From Candidatus Fermentibacterota bacterium (GTDB lineage: Bacteria > Fermentibacterota > Fermentibacteria > Fermentibacterales > Fermentibacteraceae), in assembly GCA_963718745.1 (NCBI GenBank), contig OY970370.1, forward strand, positions 1,547,566-1,611,565: a DNA stretch of 64,000 bases, in the 5' to 3' direction. Positions within the stretch are counted from its first letter, which is position 1, and the number at the start of each line of letters is the position of its first letter. The notes below the pieces were generated by a model. The model did no database searches and was not told the origin of the DNA. It saw only the letters and a program-made list of their open reading frames with translations. Shown here piece after piece: positions 49,746-59,493 of the stretch. Position numbers and translations under genes: made by a program.

Positions 49746-50488
49746 GCGGGGACCCGGACCGGCGTGAATCCGGTCTGGTCGGCCGAGCACATGATGAACC
49801 TGACTCCTTCCAGGATGAAGTCAGAGAGACCCGGGGATACGGTTCCGTGCAGATGTCCGAAGACGCAGACCGAAACCCCTCCATCGGAGAGGATCCGGGT
49901 GAACTCCGAAGGCCCGCCGTCCTCGGTGGGCGCGAAGTGCATCATCGCCACCAGAGGCTTGCCCGTCATCCCGGAGGCGCTCTCGACCGCTGTCTTCAAC
50001 CTTCCGAACTCCCTGCGGAGGATCGGGTCGTCCCTGTCGGCGCTGTAGTGTTCGGAGGACGGCAGGGTCCAGCCCCTTGCCGCGCAGAGCGCGAATGAGC
50101 CGAGGTCGACGGCCGAATCCAGAAGCGCGTGGACCCCTTCCGGAAGGATCGCGGCCGCCTGGGCCTTTGATTTCCACCAGTAGTCGTGGTTGCCGCGCGT
50201 GATGTACTTGGTGCCCGGCAGTGAGCCGAGGAAGGCGAGGTCCTCCGCCGCGTCGGCCGGGCGCGTGGCCCAGGAGATGTCGCCCGGCACCAGGACGATG
50301 TCGTCGTCACCCACGCATCCGCGCCAGGAGGCCTCGATGCGCTCCGCATGGCCGGTCCAGCCTTCGCCGAACCTGTCCATGGTCTTCCCGGTTCCCCCCG
50401 GAAGATGGAGATCGGAAAGAGCCCAGAGCACGCGTGCACCTCCGTCGGTTCGTACTTTTGCGGTTATATACCGGTCTCTCCGCCCCAT
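49712..50488 (-). CDS. metallophosphoesterase family protein
   Basis: Motifs LSDLHLP, GNHD, GHLHG. Confidence 0.7.
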   Translation of the reverse strand: MGRRDRYITAKVRTDGGARVLWALSDLHLPGGTGKTMDRFGEGWTGHAERIEASWRGCVGDDDIVLVPGDISWATRPADAAEDLAFLGSLPGTKYITRGNHDYWWKSKAQAAAILPEGVHALLDSAVDLGSFALCAARGWTLPSSEHYSADRDDPILRREFGRLKTAVESASGMTGKPLVAMMHFAPTEDGGPSEFTRILSDGGVSVCVFGHLHGTVSPGLSDFILEGVRFIMCSADQTGFTPVRVPAWGSGMEGVLT

Positions 50489-50510
50489 CGACGAACAAAG
50501 GAGCTGTCAG

Positions 50511-51158
50511 TTGCGCAAACTCGCGGTTTTCGACCTCGACGGTACCCTGCACGACTCGTCCGCCGCGCTCACCCCGGCAATTGCCGAGGCCCTCGCCGAG
50601 ATAGGGATGGAGCCGTCCGCCCCGTCGAGCATCGAGGCGCTGTACGGGCAGCCGATGAGCGTGCTGCTGCCGTCCCTGGTGCCCGATCCGAACCTGCGGG
50701 TCGCGTTCGTCGCAGCGCTCGGGAGGATACAGAAGAGGACGGTGTCGGAGTCGGGCAGGACCTTCCCCGGAGTGCCCGAGATGCTAACCGAGCTGAAGTC
50801 GGATGGCTGGAGGACTGCGGTCTGTTCGAACGCCGGCCGATCCTATGTCGAGATGGTCCTCGGCGCCCTGGGCATAAGATCCCTCATCGACAGGGCGGAG
50901 GGGCTCGGGGAGTCCGGCGGCAAGGCCGGCTCGCTGTCCGGTATTCTCTCGGAGGAGAAGCCCGACCGGGCGATCATGGTAGGCGACAGGTACCTGGACT
51001 TCGAGGCGGCGAGGGAGAACGGCATCCCCTCGATAGGCTGCGCGTGGGGATTCGGGGACCCGTCCGAGCTGGCGGAGGCGGACATCGTGGCCGATTCCCC
51101 CGCGGTCGTCCCCGGCCTCCTGGAAGACCTGCTCCGGAGGGGCGAAAGCCTCGGCTGA
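50511..51158 (+). CDS. HAD-family hydrolase
   Basis: TTG start with AAAGGAG RBS; HAD motif I VFDLDGTL and C-terminal GDRYLDFEAA-type motif. Confidence 0.75.
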   Translation: MRKLAVFDLDGTLHDSSAALTPAIAEALAEIGMEPSAPSSIEALYGQPMSVLLPSLVPDPNLRVAFVAALGRIQKRTVSESGRTFPGVPEMLTELKSDGWRTAVCSNAGRSYVEMVLGALGIRSLIDRAEGLGESGGKAGSLSGILSEEKPDRAIMVGDRYLDFEAARENGIPSIGCAWGFGDPSELAEADIVADSPAVVPGLLEDLLRRGESLG

Positions 51159-51184
51159 CCCCTGCGTCTCGATGCGCCCGCGCG

Positions 51185-51856
51185 CTACCCTCCGCAGCGG
51201 CCCGCCTTGCCGCCGGCCACCTCGATCGCGTGCCCGAGGATGGGCAGCATGTGCGAGAAGCTCTCCACCGCGCCCCTGCGGCTTCCCGGCAGGTTCACCA
51301 TGAGGGTCCGGGTGCGGATCCCGGCTACCGCGCGCGAGAGCCAGGCGTTCGGAACCGTTTCCGCCGACTTCAGGCGGATCATCTCGGGGATGCCGGGGAC
51401 CACCCTCTCCAGGACGTCCAGAGTGGCCTCCGGAGTGATGTCCCTGGGGGAGAGGCCGGTTCCGCCGGTCGTCAGGATGATGTCGCACGAGCAGTCGTCG
51501 CACCAGGACCGCAGCCTCCCGGAGATCCTCTCCCGGTCGTCCGGCTCTATGGCGTAGCGGACCGCATGGAATCCCGCGGCTTCGAGCGCTTCGACGAGGG
51601 CCGGGCCGCTCAGGTCCTCCCGGCCGCCCTCGCTGCATGTGTCGCTGACCGTGATCACTCCGGCGTTGCCCGCGCCTGTGCGCTCGAATGTTACGGAGTC
51701 ACCGCAGCCGAATTCTCCGGCTTCGATGACCTCGGCCTTCACGCGGTCCCGCGAGGCGTCGTCGCGGAAGACGGCCAGCACGGCGCGGCCGGCCTTCAGC
51801 AGAGCCCCCTGCCTGATGCAGTCGAGGTCCAGGTCGCTCACTGCGATGAGCTTCAT
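51185..51856 (-). CDS. molybdenum cofactor biosynthesis protein MoaB/MogA family
   Basis: Conserved ILTTGGTG and PGIPEMIR...LMVNLPGS regions; start with GGAGGA RBS. Confidence 0.8.
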   Translation of the reverse strand: MKLIAVSDLDLDCIRQGALLKAGRAVLAVFRDDASRDRVKAEVIEAGEFGCGDSVTFERTGAGNAGVITVSDTCSEGGREDLSGPALVEALEAAGFHAVRYAIEPDDRERISGRLRSWCDDCSCDIILTTGGTGLSPRDITPEATLDVLERVVPGIPEMIRLKSAETVPNAWLSRAVAGIRTRTLMVNLPGSRRGAVESFSHMLPILGHAIEVAGGKAGRCGG

Positions 51857-52009
51857 TCCTCCGTCCCCGACTGGCTTCAGAGGATGCGAGTCCATGCGGG
51901 GACTCGAAGAGCACCACCCGCTCGGGCTCGCGCTCTCCCGCCTCGTTCACGCCCACCAGCGTCGCAGCTATGGGAACCTGCCCCGAGGGGGAGGGGATGC
52001 TGATGTATT

Positions 52010-52492
52010 CTACTCTTGCCATATGTACTCCCCGGATCTGCCCCCGCTCTTCCGCGAAAGCCGTATCCCCTCCATGACCATCGACCTGTCCAGCGCCTTG
52101 AGCATGTCGTAGACTGTCAGGAGAGCAACCGAGACGCCTGTCAGCGCCTCCATCTCGAACCCGGTCCTGTCCTCGCCCGCTACCATGCATCTGCACAGGA
52201 GGCCGTCGGGCAGGGTTTCGAACTCGATCCTCGCTCCGGCTATGCTCAACTGATGGCACAGGGGGATGAGCCCGGGGACCTTCTTGACCGCCATGATCCC
52301 GGCCGCCCTCGCCAGCGCCAGAACGTCGCCCTTGGCGGCGGAGCCGGTTCGGAGAGCCTCCAGGGCCTCTGCGGACATGCGGATCACGCCCCTTGCCTCG
52401 GCCGTCCGTCGCGTGGGCGCCTTGTCGGAGATGTCCACCATGAGCGCCCGGCCGTTCTCGTCCAGATGGGTCAGGCTTCGCCCTTCTCCCAT
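52010..52492 (-). CDS. moaC: cyclic pyranopterin monophosphate synthase MoaC
   Basis: MVDISDK and GLIPLCHQL motifs; 160 aa. Confidence 0.9.
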   Translation of the reverse strand: MGEGRSLTHLDENGRALMVDISDKAPTRRTAEARGVIRMSAEALEALRTGSAAKGDVLALARAAGIMAVKKVPGLIPLCHQLSIAGARIEFETLPDGLLCRCMVAGEDRTGFEMEALTGVSVALLTVYDMLKALDRSMVMEGIRLSRKSGGRSGEYIWQE

Positions 52493-52493
52493 A

Positions 52494-53441
52494 TCAGCCT
52501 CCAGTCCTCCACATCTTGAGCCCGTCGCAGCCGGAGTGTCCAGCCGGCTTCGATTCCACAGCGCCGCGGACCATCCCGGCGATTTCTTCGTCGGATGCTC
52601 CCGAGCGGAGCACCTCTCTGAGCGGGATGCCCGTCTGCGACCCCAGGCACGGCATCAGGTCGCCGGTCGAAGCAAGCCTTATCCTGCGGCATCTCGAGCA
52701 GAACAGAGGATCGGACAGCGGGGCTATCACACCGAACCGGTACCCGGTACCCTCTACCCCGAATGTCCTCTGGAGGTCCCCGGCCGCTCCGGGGAGCTCT
52801 TCCGTGCGACCCAGCACCGAGGCCGCCCGAAGGACCCTCTCCAGTGCGCCGGGTCCGGTCCCGGAGCCCGGCATGAGCTCGATGAAGCGCACCTCCGCGC
52901 CAACGTCGGCCCCCCAGATGATGAAGTCGACCACCTCGCCCTCGTTGACGCCGGGGATGAGGACGGTGTTGATCTTGACAGGCTCGAGACCCGCCCGGTG
53001 CGCGGACTCGACAGCCTTCTCGATGTCCCGGGCGGAGACGGGCGCGCGGCAGACCGCAGCAAGGACTTCGTCCCGGAGGGAGTCGAGGCTGATGTTGACC
53101 CTCTGCAGCCCGGCGCCGGCCAGATCCTCCGCGGTGTCAGGCAGGAGGAGGCCGTTGGTCGTGAGCACGAGCTCGCGCGGGGACAGCGCGGAGATGCGCC
53201 GGATGAGGTCCGCGAGGTTCCTCCTGAGGAGGGGCTCCCCCCCGGTCACCCGGATCTTTGCTATCCCGCAGGAGCCGATGAGGATGGCGCACAGCCTCTC
53301 GATCTCCTCGAAGCGGAGCAGGTCGTCATGCCTCACGAGTTCGACCCCGGAGCCGGGCATGCAGTACGTGCACCTCAGGTTGCACCTGTCCGTGACCGAG
53401 AGCCTCAGATAGTCTATTTCGCGACCCAGGAGGTCCCTCAT
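52494..53441 (-). CDS. moaA: GTP 3',8-cyclase MoaA (radical SAM)
   Basis: N-terminal CNLRCTYC radical-SAM motif; C-terminal Cys cluster; overlaps neighbouring genes. Confidence 0.9.
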   Translation of the reverse strand: MRDLLGREIDYLRLSVTDRCNLRCTYCMPGSGVELVRHDDLLRFEEIERLCAILIGSCGIAKIRVTGGEPLLRRNLADLIRRISALSPRELVLTTNGLLLPDTAEDLAGAGLQRVNISLDSLRDEVLAAVCRAPVSARDIEKAVESAHRAGLEPVKINTVLIPGVNEGEVVDFIIWGADVGAEVRFIELMPGSGTGPGALERVLRAASVLGRTEELPGAAGDLQRTFGVEGTGYRFGVIAPLSDPLFCSRCRRIRLASTGDLMPCLGSQTGIPLREVLRSGASDEEIAGMVRGAVESKPAGHSGCDGLKMWRTGG

Positions 53442-55186
53442 TCCCAGGACGCCTCCTGCGCCGACTCCCAGTTCAGGCTGAAGGGAAGGGAGCCCCCGGG
53501 GGAGACCCCGTCCAGCTCCATGTCGCAGACTGCTATCGCGTTGGTTCCGGCGGTGCTCATCAGGTCCCCCGAACCGCTGGTGTCAGGCATGTCCAGGAGC
53601 CATCGCCCCTGGTCGCGGGTCGCGATGACCCTCAGGAGGTTGGTGCGGCCGGGCCGCTGCCTGTGCTCGAACCGGCAGATGCCCTGCAGGCGTGTCCTGG
53701 AGCAGCGCTCGTGGCCCGACATGCGGCGCAGGGCCGGAGTGACGAATTCGAGGAAGGTGCAGAAGACCGACACGGGGTTGCCCGGGAGGCAGAAGACCGG
53801 TCTCTCCCCGGCCATGCCGAACGAGAATGGCTTGCCCGGCTTGATCGCCACCTCGCGGAACAGGAATCCCGTCCCGGCAGCCTCGAGCGCCGGAGCCACA
53901 TGGTCATGGGCGCCGAGGGAGATCCCGCCCGCGGCTATCAGAACATCCGAGGATGCCAGCAGGGCTTCGGCAGCCTCCGTCGTCTCGCGCAGGGAGTCCG
54001 CCGCGTGCAGGGAGTGCGCCACTTCGAACCCGCAGGCCGAAGCAAGCGAGAGCAGCATCGGCATGTTGGCGTTCCGCACCTGTCCTGGACCCGGCAGCGC
54101 CCCGGGCGCGACCACCTCGTTCCCGGTCGTGAGGATCGAGAGCAATGGGCGCCTGTAGACGCGGAGGGATGGTCTTCCCGCCATCGCGGCCACTCCCGCC
54201 GCCTTCGAGTCCAGCAGCGACCCCCGCCGGAGCACGAGCTGCCCGCGCCTCATGTCCTCGCCTCTGATGCAGATGTTCTCACCCGCCTGCGGCAAGGCCG
54301 CTGGCACAAGCCTGCCTCCATCCACCGAGGATTTCTCGAGCATAAGCACCCTGTCCGCGCCGGGAGGGACCTGCGCGCCGGTCATGATCGGGGATGCTGC
54401 GCCCGCTTCCAGCCGGGCCGGATCGGGGGTTCCTGCGGGGACCTCGTCCGCGAGCCGGTAGCTTCCGGCCTCTCCGGCCAGTGCGTAGCCGTCCATGGCC
54501 GAACGGTCGAACGGGGGCATGTCGATGTCGCTCGCGATATCCTCCGCGAGGACCATGCCGGAGGACCGATGCAGTTCCACGGTCGTCTCCGACGGCGCCG
54601 GGAGGCTCCGGAGGATGGCTTCGAGCGCCTGCTCCGGGGTCAGCATTATCCGGTAGGAATCTGTGCGATCATTCATCCGTGGTGCTCCGGTTCGTTTCGG
54701 GGCTGTCCCTCCGCCCGCGCGGCTCAGTATTTCCATGATGCCGGCTGCGGCATCCCGTGCTGCATCTTCACCGAGCGGACCGTCGAGCAGCAGGTCGGCC
54801 CTCGCGGCAAGCCCGGGATTCTTCGGCTCCGTTTCACCTCCCCGGATGTAGACCAGGCAGTCGGCTTCCATCCAGGACGTCAGCGCGTTGCTCTCCCATA
54901 CGGCGACGTCCTCGTGCCCGAGCAGGCGGGGCATCAGGGATTCGAGCTCGTCCAGGCCGGAGAACCTGACCAGGGCGACCCGGGCTGCGCCCGCGCGGTC
55001 GAAGCGCCAGGTATCCGAGCCTTCCCTTCCGGCTCCTTCGAAGATCCCTGCAGCGCCGTGGCCACCCCGGGAAAGCTTGCAGCAGAGCGCGGTCATGCCG
55101 GCGCCCGTGACCTTCTCGAGCAGCGCGCAGCAGACGGTCGTCTTCCCCAGGTCGGAAGCGGCGGCCGATACGATGACGTGCTTCAA
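53438..55186 (-). CDS. moeA: MobB-like P-loop domain fused to molybdopterin molybdenumtransferase MoeA
   Basis: TTG start with GGAG RBS; P-loop SDLGKTT; MoeA motif PPFDRSAMDGYA; the upstream 70 codons of ORF 53438..55402 are Arg-rich non-protein-like sequence. Confidence 0.8.
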   Translation of the reverse strand: MKHVIVSAAASDLGKTTVCCALLEKVTGAGMTALCCKLSRGGHGAAGIFEGAGREGSDTWRFDRAGAARVALVRFSGLDELESLMPRLLGHEDVAVWESNALTSWMEADCLVYIRGGETEPKNPGLAARADLLLDGPLGEDAARDAAAGIMEILSRAGGGTAPKRTGAPRMNDRTDSYRIMLTPEQALEAILRSLPAPSETTVELHRSSGMVLAEDIASDIDMPPFDRSAMDGYALAGEAGSYRLADEVPAGTPDPARLEAGAASPIMTGAQVPPGADRVLMLEKSSVDGGRLVPAALPQAGENICIRGEDMRRGQLVLRRGSLLDSKAAGVAAMAGRPSLRVYRRPLLSILTTGNEVVAPGALPGPGQVRNANMPMLLSLASACGFEVAHSLHAADSLRETTEAAEALLASSDVLIAAGGISLGAHDHVAPALEAAGTGFLFREVAIKPGKPFSFGMAGERPVFCLPGNPVSVFCTFLEFVTPALRRMSGHERCSRTRLQGICRFEHRQRPGRTNLLRVIATRDQGRWLLDMPDTSGSGDLMSTAGTNAIAVCDMELDGVSPGGSLPFSLNWESAQEASWE

Positions 55187-55296
55187 TATGACTCCATGCC
55201 GGTGATATCTCTGCCCGGGGCGCGCCGCTGTCAAGAATGACGCTTGCAGGACGGGGCGGCTGCTGTCATCTTCGGGTGATGACGGAGGTGTGGAGG

Positions 55297-56268
55297 ATGT
55301 TTGGACGCCGATTGTCCGGGAGTGTCGCACTTTGCGCCCTTTCCGCCGCCTGCCTCTCGTGCGGGGGCGGGGAGGTAAGGGAACCCCACCTGAGGGGCGC
55401 AATCACTGTCGACGGGATCGAGTTCGGTCTCGGAGGCGCGAGGGGTACCGTTCTGAACACGCCCCGGACGGTCTACTGGGCGGGGGTGGCGATGCCGGCC
55501 CTGGTCCGTATCGACCTGTACGGGATGGACGTGGATGTGGACGAGATGGGGCTTCCCGCGAACGACGCCTTCCCGGCGCTGACCCTGATGATACCGGCCG
55601 GACCGGATGGCGACTTCTACGCCGGGGAGGATGCGATCCCGGCATCCATGGAGATGCAGCTCGGGGGCGTCCGGACGTTCATCCCCGAGTCCCTGCTGAT
55701 AAACTGTACCGTCAGCCTGTCCGCGAGCCCGCTGGACACCTCGATAGTCGATCTCGGCATGTACTTCGCCTTCGACAGGGGAGATTCGTTCTACGAGGGC
55801 GAGTACGACTGCCCTGTCTGCTTCCCGGGCGTCCCCGCCTCGGAGTCGCCCCCTGCGTATCCGTCGCATCAGCTTCCGGACTCGCTGTTCTTCACGGCGG
55901 CCAGCGACACTCTGCGCCCCATGTTCTATGCCGCGATGGAGGAGCAGTACGCCGGGAAGGACTGCTTTTCGGTGTATGCCTTCACCGAGCCCTATACCGG
56001 CTCGGTCCCGTCCAAGGCCGGTCAGACATGCCTGCTGTTCAGGATACCCGCCGACCGTGCCGACGGGGAGCCGGTTCCCACGTTCGTAGAGGCCTGTGTG
56101 ATATCGCAGGGGGATACCCTCGGGCTCTCCGCGGGCTATGCCTTCTGCTGGGCCACGGGGCGGGTCGAGGGCTCGGTTCTCGAGGGTTCGGTCCAGTTCC
56201 AGGGGAACGGCAGCGAACAGGCGACCGGCTTCATGGGAGGCGGGCCCTACACCGCACCGATCAAGTAG
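55297..56268 (+). CDS. hypothetical lipoprotein
   Basis: Internal start MFGRRLSGSVALCALSAACLSCGGG with GGAGG RBS. Confidence 0.6.
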   Translation: MFGRRLSGSVALCALSAACLSCGGGEVREPHLRGAITVDGIEFGLGGARGTVLNTPRTVYWAGVAMPALVRIDLYGMDVDVDEMGLPANDAFPALTLMIPAGPDGDFYAGEDAIPASMEMQLGGVRTFIPESLLINCTVSLSASPLDTSIVDLGMYFAFDRGDSFYEGEYDCPVCFPGVPASESPPAYPSHQLPDSLFFTAASDTLRPMFYAAMEEQYAGKDCFSVYAFTEPYTGSVPSKAGQTCLLFRIPADRADGEPVPTFVEACVISQGDTLGLSAGYAFCWATGRVEGSVLEGSVQFQGNGSEQATGFMGGGPYTAPIK

Positions 56269-56896
56269 ACATCGGCTCCGGCGGATCCTCCAGGGTCCTG
56301 AGTACGGCGACCACCTTTCCCAGGACCTTCAGCGGCTCCCCTCCCGGGGAGAATGTCATGACCTGGAATGCGGGATTGGCCGGGACAAGCTCGATGACGT
56401 CCGGCGAGACGCGGTGGAAGTGCTTTACCGTGGCCTCGTCACCAACCAGGACTACGGCCGTCTCGTCCTGACGGACGAAAGGCTGCGACCGCACTAGGAC
56501 AAGGTCCCCGTCCAGGATGCCGTCGTCCTTCATGCTGTCGCCCTTCACGCGAAGGAAGAAGTGGTTCTCGGCCGGGTAGCCAGGCAGTTCGATCCACCCC
56601 GTGATGTTCTCCTGCGCGAGGATCGGCTTTCCCGCCGCCACCTGGCCGATCACCGGGAGCCCGCGGCCCCCGGGTGCGCCGAGGGGTGCACCGCGAACAG
56701 AGATGGCTCGGGCGGCGCGCTCAGACCTGCGGAGGTATCCGCGGGCGACGAGCCAGTCCAGATGGTCTTTTACGCTTTTAGTGCTCTTGAGGCCGACGGC
56801 GGAGGCTATCTCGCGGATGCTGGGGGGGTATCCGTTGCGCTCGTCGAACGAACGGACGAACTCGAGGATCCTCTTGTTCCTGTCGGTGAGTTCCAT
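56261..56896 (-). CDS. lexA: LexA repressor
   Basis: N-terminal wHTH; cleavage-site region; S24 peptidase motifs GDSM and Lys-containing C-terminal domain. Confidence 0.9.
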   Translation of the reverse strand: MELTDRNKRILEFVRSFDERNGYPPSIREIASAVGLKSTKSVKDHLDWLVARGYLRRSERAARAISVRGAPLGAPGGRGLPVIGQVAAGKPILAQENITGWIELPGYPAENHFFLRVKGDSMKDDGILDGDLVLVRSQPFVRQDETAVVLVGDEATVKHFHRVSPDVIELVPANPAFQVMTFSPGGEPLKVLGKVVAVLRTLEDPPEPMST

Positions 56897-56901
56897 GCAC
56901 G

Positions 56902-56919
56902 AAACATACACAGATGTTT
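56902..56919. promoter_or_regulatory. candidate SOS box AAACAT-N6-ATGTTT upstream of lexA
   Basis: Perfect inverted hexamers 6-24 nt upstream of the lexA start codon. Confidence 0.4.
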
Positions 56920-56987
56920 GTATCGGTCAAGTGACCTGCGGCTGCTGGAACCCCGGCTCGATGTCCCGGCTCCGCCGGGTGCCGACG

Positions 56988-57416
56988 TCAGTCCGGCAGG
57001 ATGTCGCTGAAGAAGACTACGTAGGCGGCTATCCTCACCAGCATCTGCTCGTCGGAGCCGTCGGTGTACAGCAGCGTGCTGAAGCTGCGGTCCTCGACGG
57101 TCCCGTCGCTCGATATCGTGATCAGGCAGCTGAAGGACGTGTCAGTCAGCCTTCCGTCATCCTCGAGGTGGTACAGGGTGTTGAAGCTCGCCCCCTCGAT
57201 CCGGCCGTCCCGGATGTAGCCGAGCGTGCGGAAGGACGAGTCCTCGACCCTGGAGTCGTCGCGGATGTACCCCAGCGTGCTGAAGGAGGAATCCTCGATG
57301 CGGCCGTCTTCCCTTATGTAAGCGAGTGTGGAGAAGCTGTCGTCCTCGAGGCGGAGATCACCGGCGGATGCGGAGGTGACCGTCATCATGATAGCAAAAA
57401 ACAGCAGGTTCCTCAT
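56988..57416 (-). CDS. secreted tandem-repeat protein (six ~17-aa SFSTLGYIRxDGRxEDS units)
   Basis: Signal peptide MRNLLFFAIMMTVTSASA; repeats visible directly in the translation. Confidence 0.55.
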   Translation of the reverse strand: MRNLLFFAIMMTVTSASAGDLRLEDDSFSTLAYIREDGRIEDSSFSTLGYIRDDSRVEDSSFRTLGYIRDGRIEGASFNTLYHLEDDGRLTDTSFSCLITISSDGTVEDRSFSTLLYTDGSDEQMLVRIAAYVVFFSDILPD

Positions 57417-57451
57417 GTACGTTGGAACCTCCTTTCAGGACTCATAAAGTA

Positions 57452-58522
57452 ATGTACCCGACAGCGGTGTCAATGGCGGCGCTGCTGGCCTCGCTCCTGG
57501 ACCCGGTCCCGCTGGACATAAACACCGCATCTCTGCGCGACCTGGAGTCGCTCCCGGGGATCGGCCCGGAAAGGGCGGCGGCGATCGTCTCCTTCCGCGA
57601 ATCGTGCGGTCCCGTCCTCGAGCTTTCGGACCTGCTCGGGGTCCCGGGCATCGGCCCGGAGACCCTGGAGGAGCTCGGGCTGCTCATGACGATAGACGAC
57701 AGGCTCGAGCTCCCGGTGGACACCACCCACTGGCTGCCCGTGTTGGACAGCATCTCCGATCCAGTCCTCACGATCGTCTCTATCGACATAGGCGAGGGCG
57801 ACGCGACCCTCGTCCGGTGCGCCGGAGGAGGAACGGTCCTGATCGACGGCGGCCCCGACGAGGGAGGGCCGATCGTGCCCGCGGTCGTCACCCGCCTGCG
57901 GAGCCTGGACATCGACAGCCTGGACGCGGTCGTGATCACCCATCCGCACGACGACCACATCGGAGGCCTGGTCGAGGTCGTACGACGGCTCCACGTCGGC
58001 TGCGTCTATGATCCCGGAACGGCATGCACCTCGCCCGTCTACGAGGACCTTCTGCTCGCCGTCGAGGCCTCCGGGGCAGGCTACAGGCTCCTGGAGGAGG
58101 GCATGGTCCTGGACCTCGGGGTCGCCTCGATCACGGTAGTCGACGCCGGGGACTCCCTGGCGGCGGACATGAACGAGAGCTCGGCCGTCATGCTGGTTTC
58201 CTGCGGGCACTTCAGGGCGCTGCTCGCCGGAGACATCTCGGAGGCCTCCGAGGTCCGCCTGACACCGGAAATGCCGCCTGTGAACTTCATGGTCGCGCCC
58301 CACCACGGCAGCAACACCTCGGCCTTCGAGCCCTTCCTCAGGAGGCTCAGGCCCCAGATCGTCGCCGTCAGCGCGGGACGGGACAACCCGTTCGGCCACC
58401 CGCACATGTCGGTGATGGAGAAGTATCGCGGTCTGGGAGCCGTTTTGTTGCGAACCGACAGGTCCGGGACTATTTTCGTCGAGACCGATGGGGAGTCCGT
58501 CTCGATCCGGACATCGATGTAA
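57452..58522 (+). CDS. ComEA-like helix-hairpin-helix domain fused to MBL-fold (ComEC-type) metallo-hydrolase
   Basis: HhH motifs (LESLPGIGPERAAAIV, LLGVPGIGPETLEEL); MBL motif VITHPHDDHIGG; a TTG at 57422 is an alternative start. Confidence 0.75.
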   Translation: MYPTAVSMAALLASLLDPVPLDINTASLRDLESLPGIGPERAAAIVSFRESCGPVLELSDLLGVPGIGPETLEELGLLMTIDDRLELPVDTTHWLPVLDSISDPVLTIVSIDIGEGDATLVRCAGGGTVLIDGGPDEGGPIVPAVVTRLRSLDIDSLDAVVITHPHDDHIGGLVEVVRRLHVGCVYDPGTACTSPVYEDLLLAVEASGAGYRLLEEGMVLDLGVASITVVDAGDSLAADMNESSAVMLVSCGHFRALLAGDISEASEVRLTPEMPPVNFMVAPHHGSNTSAFEPFLRRLRPQIVAVSAGRDNPFGHPHMSVMEKYRGLGAVLLRTDRSGTIFVETDGESVSIRTSM

Positions 58523-58542
58523 GGCAAGGCAGGGAAGGCCAA

Positions 58543-59493
58543 GTGAAATCCCGAAACAGGATCTGGCTCTCGCCGTATCTCTATGTCCTCCCGGCCCTGG
58601 CCGTAGTGATCGTGTTCAGGATCGTTCCCATCATCAGCTCCTTCCTCGCCTCCTTCACCGAATACGACATCGGCGGTCTTCACGGGTTCATCGCCTTCGA
58701 GAACTACACCCGGATGTTCTCCGATCCCCGATTCTGGGGCAGTTTCGCCAACACTGTCTTCTTCGTCGTCGGCGTGGTCCCGCTGGGCATCGTGTTCCCC
58801 CTGCTCCTCGCCCTCCTGCTGCGCGGCAGGCTCATCGGCAAGAGCTTCTACAGGACGGTCTACTTCCTCCCCGTCGTCACCAGCGCCGTTGCAGTGTCGG
58901 TCGTATGGACCTGGCTCTTCAATCCTGAAGCGGGACCGATCAACCGCATACTCGCCTCCCTCGGGCTGGATCCCCTGATGTGGCTCCGGGAGCCCCGCGG
59001 CATCTTCTCGCTCCTGCTGGAGCCCCTCGGGCTGGATCTCCCCGGGCTGCTCGCGGGTCCCAGCCTTGCGCTTGTTTCCCTGATGATCGTGAGCATCTGG
59101 AAGAGCCTGGGCTACAACACGGTGCTGTTCCTGGCGGGGCTCGAGAACATCCCGGGCGAGTACTACGAGGCCGCGAAGCTGGACGGCGCCGGCCGCTGGC
59201 CCGTGTTCAGGCATGTCACCTGGCCGCTGCTGTCGCCGACGACCTACTACGTGCTGATAATGAGCACGATAACGTCGTTCCAGGCCTTCGCGCTGGTCTA
59301 TGTGATGACTCCTCCGCCGGGCGGGGGGCCGCTGGGAACGACGAACCTGCTCGTCTTCTACCTGTACCACAAGGCGTTCGACAGGTTCGACATAGGCTAC
59401 GCCAGCGCGATCTCGGTGTTCCTCTTCGCCATACTGCTCGGACTGACGATCCTGCAGAGGAGGCTCGCGGGCAGGCGGGTGGTGTACGAATGA
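58543..59493 (+). CDS. sugar ABC transporter permease (MalF/UgpA-like)
   Basis: GTG start; six TM segments; conserved EAA-loop region EAAKLDGAGRWPVFRHVTWPLL. Confidence 0.85.
   Translation: MKSRNRIWLSPYLYVLPALAVVIVFRIVPIISSFLASFTEYDIGGLHGFIAFENYTRMFSDPRFWGSFANTVFFVVGVVPLGIVFPLLLALLLRGRLIGKSFYRTVYFLPVVTSAVAVSVVWTWLFNPEAGPINRILASLGLDPLMWLREPRGIFSLLLEPLGLDLPGLLAGPSLALVSLMIVSIWKSLGYNTVLFLAGLENIPGEYYEAAKLDGAGRWPVFRHVTWPLLSPTTYYVLIMSTITSFQAFALVYVMTPPPGGGPLGTTNLLVFYLYHKAFDRFDIGYASAISVFLFAILLGLTILQRRLAGRRVVYE

Noticed and set aside
47790-50048. 752-aa plus-strand ORF
   Set aside because: Antisense to the ABC-F ATPase and metallophosphoesterase genes; lacks any Walker or other motifs.
53663-55240. 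525-aa plus-strand ORF
   Set aside because: Antisense to the mobB-moeA fusion gene.
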